Sequence record: KC821624.1
Source: Cellulophaga phage phi14:2
DNA: 40,000 nucleotides
Strand: one strand, 5' to 3'
Shown here: in pieces, positions 37,374-40,000 of the stretch
Layout of the letters: the number at the start of each line of letters is the position of its first letter
Numbering within the stretch: the stretch's first letter is position 1
The notes under the pieces: model-generated
Seen by the model: only the letters and a program-made list of their open reading frames with translations
Told to the model about the DNA's origin: nothing
Databases searched by the model: none
Position numbers and translations under genes: made by a program

Positions 37374-37696
37374 ATATCTTGGGATTTTTTTTTGGATTTT
37401 TTTTGAGAATTGTCGGAAAAATGACATTGTTTTTATTTAAGAAAGTTCTTCAATGTACTGAATTTATTAGGCTCATCAGTATATAGGGATCAGTAACATA
37501 AGTGAGGGGGGAATTGATTATAAATTAAGTTGTAATAAATTAATTTTTTTTCAAAATTTGTGAGGATTTAATTTGTGTGACTAACCTACAATCATCCCCC
37601 ACTCTTTTTTGGAATTGGGGAGTATCCCCAAGGGTCAGTGTTATATACATTGTTTTGTGCTGACCAGCAATTAATTAATCTTAAACATCTAATATC
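37374..37696. promoter_or_regulatory. Divergent intergenic switch region with several inverted repeats
   Basis: Minus-strand genes read left from 37338, plus-strand genes read right from 37697; palindromes at 37502-37604, 37615-37631, 37633-37665. Confidence 0.55.
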
Positions 37697-37903
37697 ATGA
37701 AACAACAGTTAATCGTATGTGATGCTATATCACCTGAAGAATACCAGCAAGCTATGTTAGGGAGTCATACTATCAGTGTGGATAGTGCCTATCAACAATC
37801 ACCACTTGAATTAGCTGTATTGGCTGTATCAACTGATAAGGTGACATTCGGTTGTACTGATACATATGTGTTAGCCTTAGATGCTTTGGTTAACGTCAAT
37901 TAG
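37697..37903 (+). CDS. Hypothetical early protein
   Basis: 68 aa ORF, first plus-strand gene after the divergent region. Confidence 0.5.
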   Translation: MKQQLIVCDAISPEEYQQAMLGSHTISVDSAYQQSPLELAVLAVSTDKVTFGCTDTYVLALDALVNVN

Positions 37904-37908
37904 TTTAG

Positions 37909-37983
37909 GTAAGCTTGGGTAAGGGTGAATGTGTTGGTTGTGGGTTAGCTACATCAACACATATTCACCCCTTTTAGCCTTAC
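37909..37983 (+). terminator. Long hairpin after the 37697 gene, terminator or structured regulatory element
   Basis: GGGTGAAT-GTGTTG ... CAACACATATTCACCCC with outer GTAAG/CTTAC pairing; short CTTTT after the core stem. Confidence 0.55.
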
Positions 37984-38040
37984 ATAAACAATCAAATCAT
38001 TAATAATACATAGCCTTAGTGCTTAAAAACAACTGAAATT

Positions 38041-38292
38041 ATGGCAATTACCGTAAACACATTAGCTCAAACAAATGAGCAAGTTGAATTCCCTAAACTT
38101 ATGATATCAGATATGGGAAGGATTATCTTGGCAACCAAAATAAGTAATAAAGGATTTATAGTTGGTACATGCATACTTAATCCAAGAATGGAAACTGATA
38201 CCGTACAAGGTCAATACTCAGAAGGTTGGGATGCAACAGCATTTAAAGACTATGATGGTGCTATTGAACTATTTAATAAAACACCTCAATAA
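38041..38292 (+). CDS. Hypothetical early protein
   Basis: 83 aa ORF. Confidence 0.5.
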   Translation: MAITVNTLAQTNEQVEFPKLMISDMGRIILATKISNKGFIVGTCILNPRMETDTVQGQYSEGWDATAFKDYDGAIELFNKTPQ

Positions 38293-38432
38293 TGGTCAAA
38301 TCAGCATTCAATTTAAACTTAATCGTTATTGCATTCTTTGTAGTTAGCGCTTATATATTCAACATCATGTTCTTTGCAATCATCGCATTTGTATTCATGG
38401 TGTTGTTACCAGCTTGTTCACGCAAGCATTAA
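38292..38432 (+). CDS. Small 46 aa hydrophobic protein (MVKSAFNLNLIVIAFFVVSAYIFNIMFFAIIAFVFMVLLPACSRKH), not in the ORF track
   Basis: Start overlaps the stop of 38041-38292 (TAATG); strongly hydrophobic. Confidence 0.6.
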   Translation: MVKSAFNLNLIVIAFFVVSAYIFNIMFFAIIAFVFMVLLPACSRKH

Positions 38433-38446
38433 ACTTATTACGTGAA

Positions 38447-38468
38447 GTGTAACCACGACTTGTTACAC
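38447..38468 (+). repeat. Perfect 7 bp inverted repeat GTGTAAC-N8-GTTACAC upstream of the 38500 gene
   Basis: Read directly. Confidence 0.6.
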
Positions 38469-38499
38469 AACAATCATTTACAATTAAAACCTTATTATT

Positions 38500-39003
38500 A
38501 TGTCAAACGCAATGGGAAATTTCAGAGAAAGAGAAGTAGAGTACAATGGTAAAACTCAAATTGAGTACCAAACAGCTGCTCGTCTTGTTAGACTTGGAAA
38601 AGAAAGTCCAAACTTAAATTATGTTAACGCTCAAGGTGTTAAAAAGAATTACATTCTTAACACAATCGAAGTTGATATGCCTGGTGGAAAGACCAAGCAG
38701 TTCTCAGCTATGTGTTATGAAGCGAACTACAAACCAGAAGCTCGTAAAGATTTCGCTGAAGGTGATGATGAACCATTAGAAGTTGGTGTATCATACTTAA
38801 CAACTTTACGTTTTGGTGAAGACGGAACACCTAATCTTCAAATGTCTCACTTGACTAATGCTAATCGTGCAACTGCCGATGATTTCGCATTCCTTGTTCA
38901 AGGTAAAGACGGAGCTCTTGAGTTCGAATCTGAAAGTGATGAGGCTAAAACTGAAGCTGCTAAAGCTTTGGAGGGAGCACCAGAAGAAAACGGTACTAAC
39001 TAG
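38500..39003 (+). CDS. Possible ssDNA-binding-like early protein (acidic C-terminus)
   Basis: 167 aa; beta-rich N-terminal part and acidic C-terminal tail (SESDEAKTEAAKALEGAPEE); position near the divergent point of a crAss-like genome. Confidence 0.35.
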   Translation: MSNAMGNFREREVEYNGKTQIEYQTAARLVRLGKESPNLNYVNAQGVKKNYILNTIEVDMPGGKTKQFSAMCYEANYKPEARKDFAEGDDEPLEVGVSYLTTLRFGEDGTPNLQMSHLTNANRATADDFAFLVQGKDGALEFESESDEAKTEAAKALEGAPEENGTN

Positions 39004-39022
39004 TCAACGTAATTGAAATAAA

Positions 39023-39062
39023 GAGAGAACTCCTGTTAATATCAGGGGTTCTCTTCTTTTTC
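39023..39062 (+). terminator. Rho-independent terminator
   Basis: GAGAGAACTCCTG-ttaatat-CAGGGGTTCTCTTCTTTTTC. Confidence 0.8.
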
Positions 39063-39112
39063 AATTAAGTCCACCTTAGCCAGTAGGCAACATTAATTTA
39101 AACCTTAGCAAC

Positions 39113-39325
39113 ATGAACACAACAGAAATAATAGTAACTCTAATATATATTGCAATATGGATTGCAGTAGGAGTAATATACTATATAAATAAAAAGAAAA
39201 AGATAAATACATCAGACATAGTTCCACTATGGATTGGATTGCATATATTGGTATTTATATTACTTGTTGTATTGACTGGAATGGGATTAGTACTATCTTG
39301 GTTCATTACATCACGTAATACATAA
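39113..39325 (+). CDS. Small two-TM membrane protein
   Basis: 70 aa; two hydrophobic segments separated by KKKKINTSD. Confidence 0.55.
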   Translation: MNTTEIIVTLIYIAIWIAVGVIYYINKKKKINTSDIVPLWIGLHILVFILLVVLTGMGLVLSWFITSRNT

Positions 39326-39596
39326 TAAACGCTATGGAGAGAATTTAACTATCATGCTGGTCATGATATCTCTTCATAGCTATAAAAATAGTCAGACAAA
39401 AGACTAAAAAAGAGGGGACAGCTGACATCCCTTAAATAAAAAGAAAGCTTAGAGCTACATAAAATCAATTGTTTTTGACATCTTAAAGAATAGGTGCTGA
39501 TGTAGAAGGAATAACAAACAGTAAAAAATAACAAGTAAACGGAGTGCTAGGGTAAGAAGCCTTTGTTATTATTTTTAACCTTAAATAACTAAACTA

Positions 39597-39701
39597 ATGC
39601 TTAAAAAACTATTAATTATATATTATCGAGTATGCAATAAATATAGACTGGATATCTTATTCAGAATGTATAATATAAACATAAAAACAACTAAATCATG
39701 A
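39597..39701 (+). CDS. Small 34 aa ORF (MLKKLLIIYYRVCNKYRLDILFRMYNINIKTTKS), not in the ORF track
   Basis: Stop overlaps the ATG of the 39698 ORF (ATGA). Confidence 0.35.
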   Translation: MLKKLLIIYYRVCNKYRLDILFRMYNINIKTTKS

Positions 39702-40000
39702 GTATAAGTATAATTTCAACCCTATTGATGTTCATCGCTATAATATTAATGCTATTATCAATTAGTGAAATATTTGAACAGTATGTAATAATAATAATTT
39801 TATGTATTATTATAACTATTCTAGAAGCTCTCAGTATTGACAAAGAATCACCTACTTATTTAGGTATTATATGTTGGTCTATTAACAGTATAATATGGAC
39901 TATAATAGCTATTAGTAGCATCATTAGCAGCTTGGACATGGCGATTAGGATTTGTAATATATCCATCAATAGCCATCATAAGTATTTTATTAATCATTAG
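39698..40000 (+). CDS. Partial multi-TM membrane protein (runs off the right edge)
   Basis: Strongly hydrophobic, Ile-rich segments. Confidence 0.5.
   Translation: MSISIISTLLMFIAIILMLLSISEIFEQYVIIIILCIIITILEALSIDKESPTYLGIICWSINSIIWTIIAISSIISSLDMAIRICNISINSHHKYFINH

Noticed and set aside
39523-39576. AAAAAATAACAAG ... CTTTGTTATTATTTTT inverted repeat as a terminator
   Set aside because: Almost pure A/T pairing with a large loop; could be chance in this AT-rich sequence.
1-40000. Alternative genetic code (TAG or TGA recoding), as reported in some crAss-like phages
   Set aside because: Long ORFs are intact under the standard code, and TAA, TAG and TGA all serve as terminal stops in well-packed genes (e.g. 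TAG at 1805, TGA at 9941).
1-40000. CRISPR arrays, tRNA genes, transposases or a diversity-generating retroelement
   Set aside because: No regular repeat-spacer array, tRNA-like cloverleaf, transposase or reverse transcriptase motif was seen in the short intergenic regions or ORFs; a tRNAscan-SE/RNAfold run would be needed to exclude divergent cases.

Overview
This 40 kb window looks like the structural half of a crAss-like (Crassvirales-type) podovirus genome with a Bacteroidota host, read mostly on the minus strand. From right to left on the minus strand it carries: a GroEL-like chaperonin, small Cys-rich ORFs, a GroES-like co-chaperonin, large terminase, portal, an acidic scaffold-like protein, major capsid protein, head/tail proteins, tail spikes and fibres with pectate-lyase-like folds, a holin/PAS + GH19 endolysin + spanin-like lysis cassette, a metallophosphoesterase, an IHF-like/ring/stabilisation tail module, and a protein (running off the left edge) with two tandem HExxH metalloprotease-like domains. 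A divergent intergenic region at about 37.37-37.70 kb separates this block from plus-strand, probably early, genes. Six matches to the Bacteroidota promoter consensus (TTG-N19-21-TAnnTTTG) were found by eye, all on the minus strand. The plus-strand genes lack that motif but share an AT-rich leader with CCTTA. The most interesting items are the divergent phage GroEL/GroES pair, the tandemly duplicated metalloprotease-like protein, the PAS-domain protein in the lysis cassette, the palindrome-rich divergent region with its candidate non-host early promoter motif, and a few small coupled ORFs missing from the ORF track. No CRISPR, tRNA, rRNA or transposon was supported.
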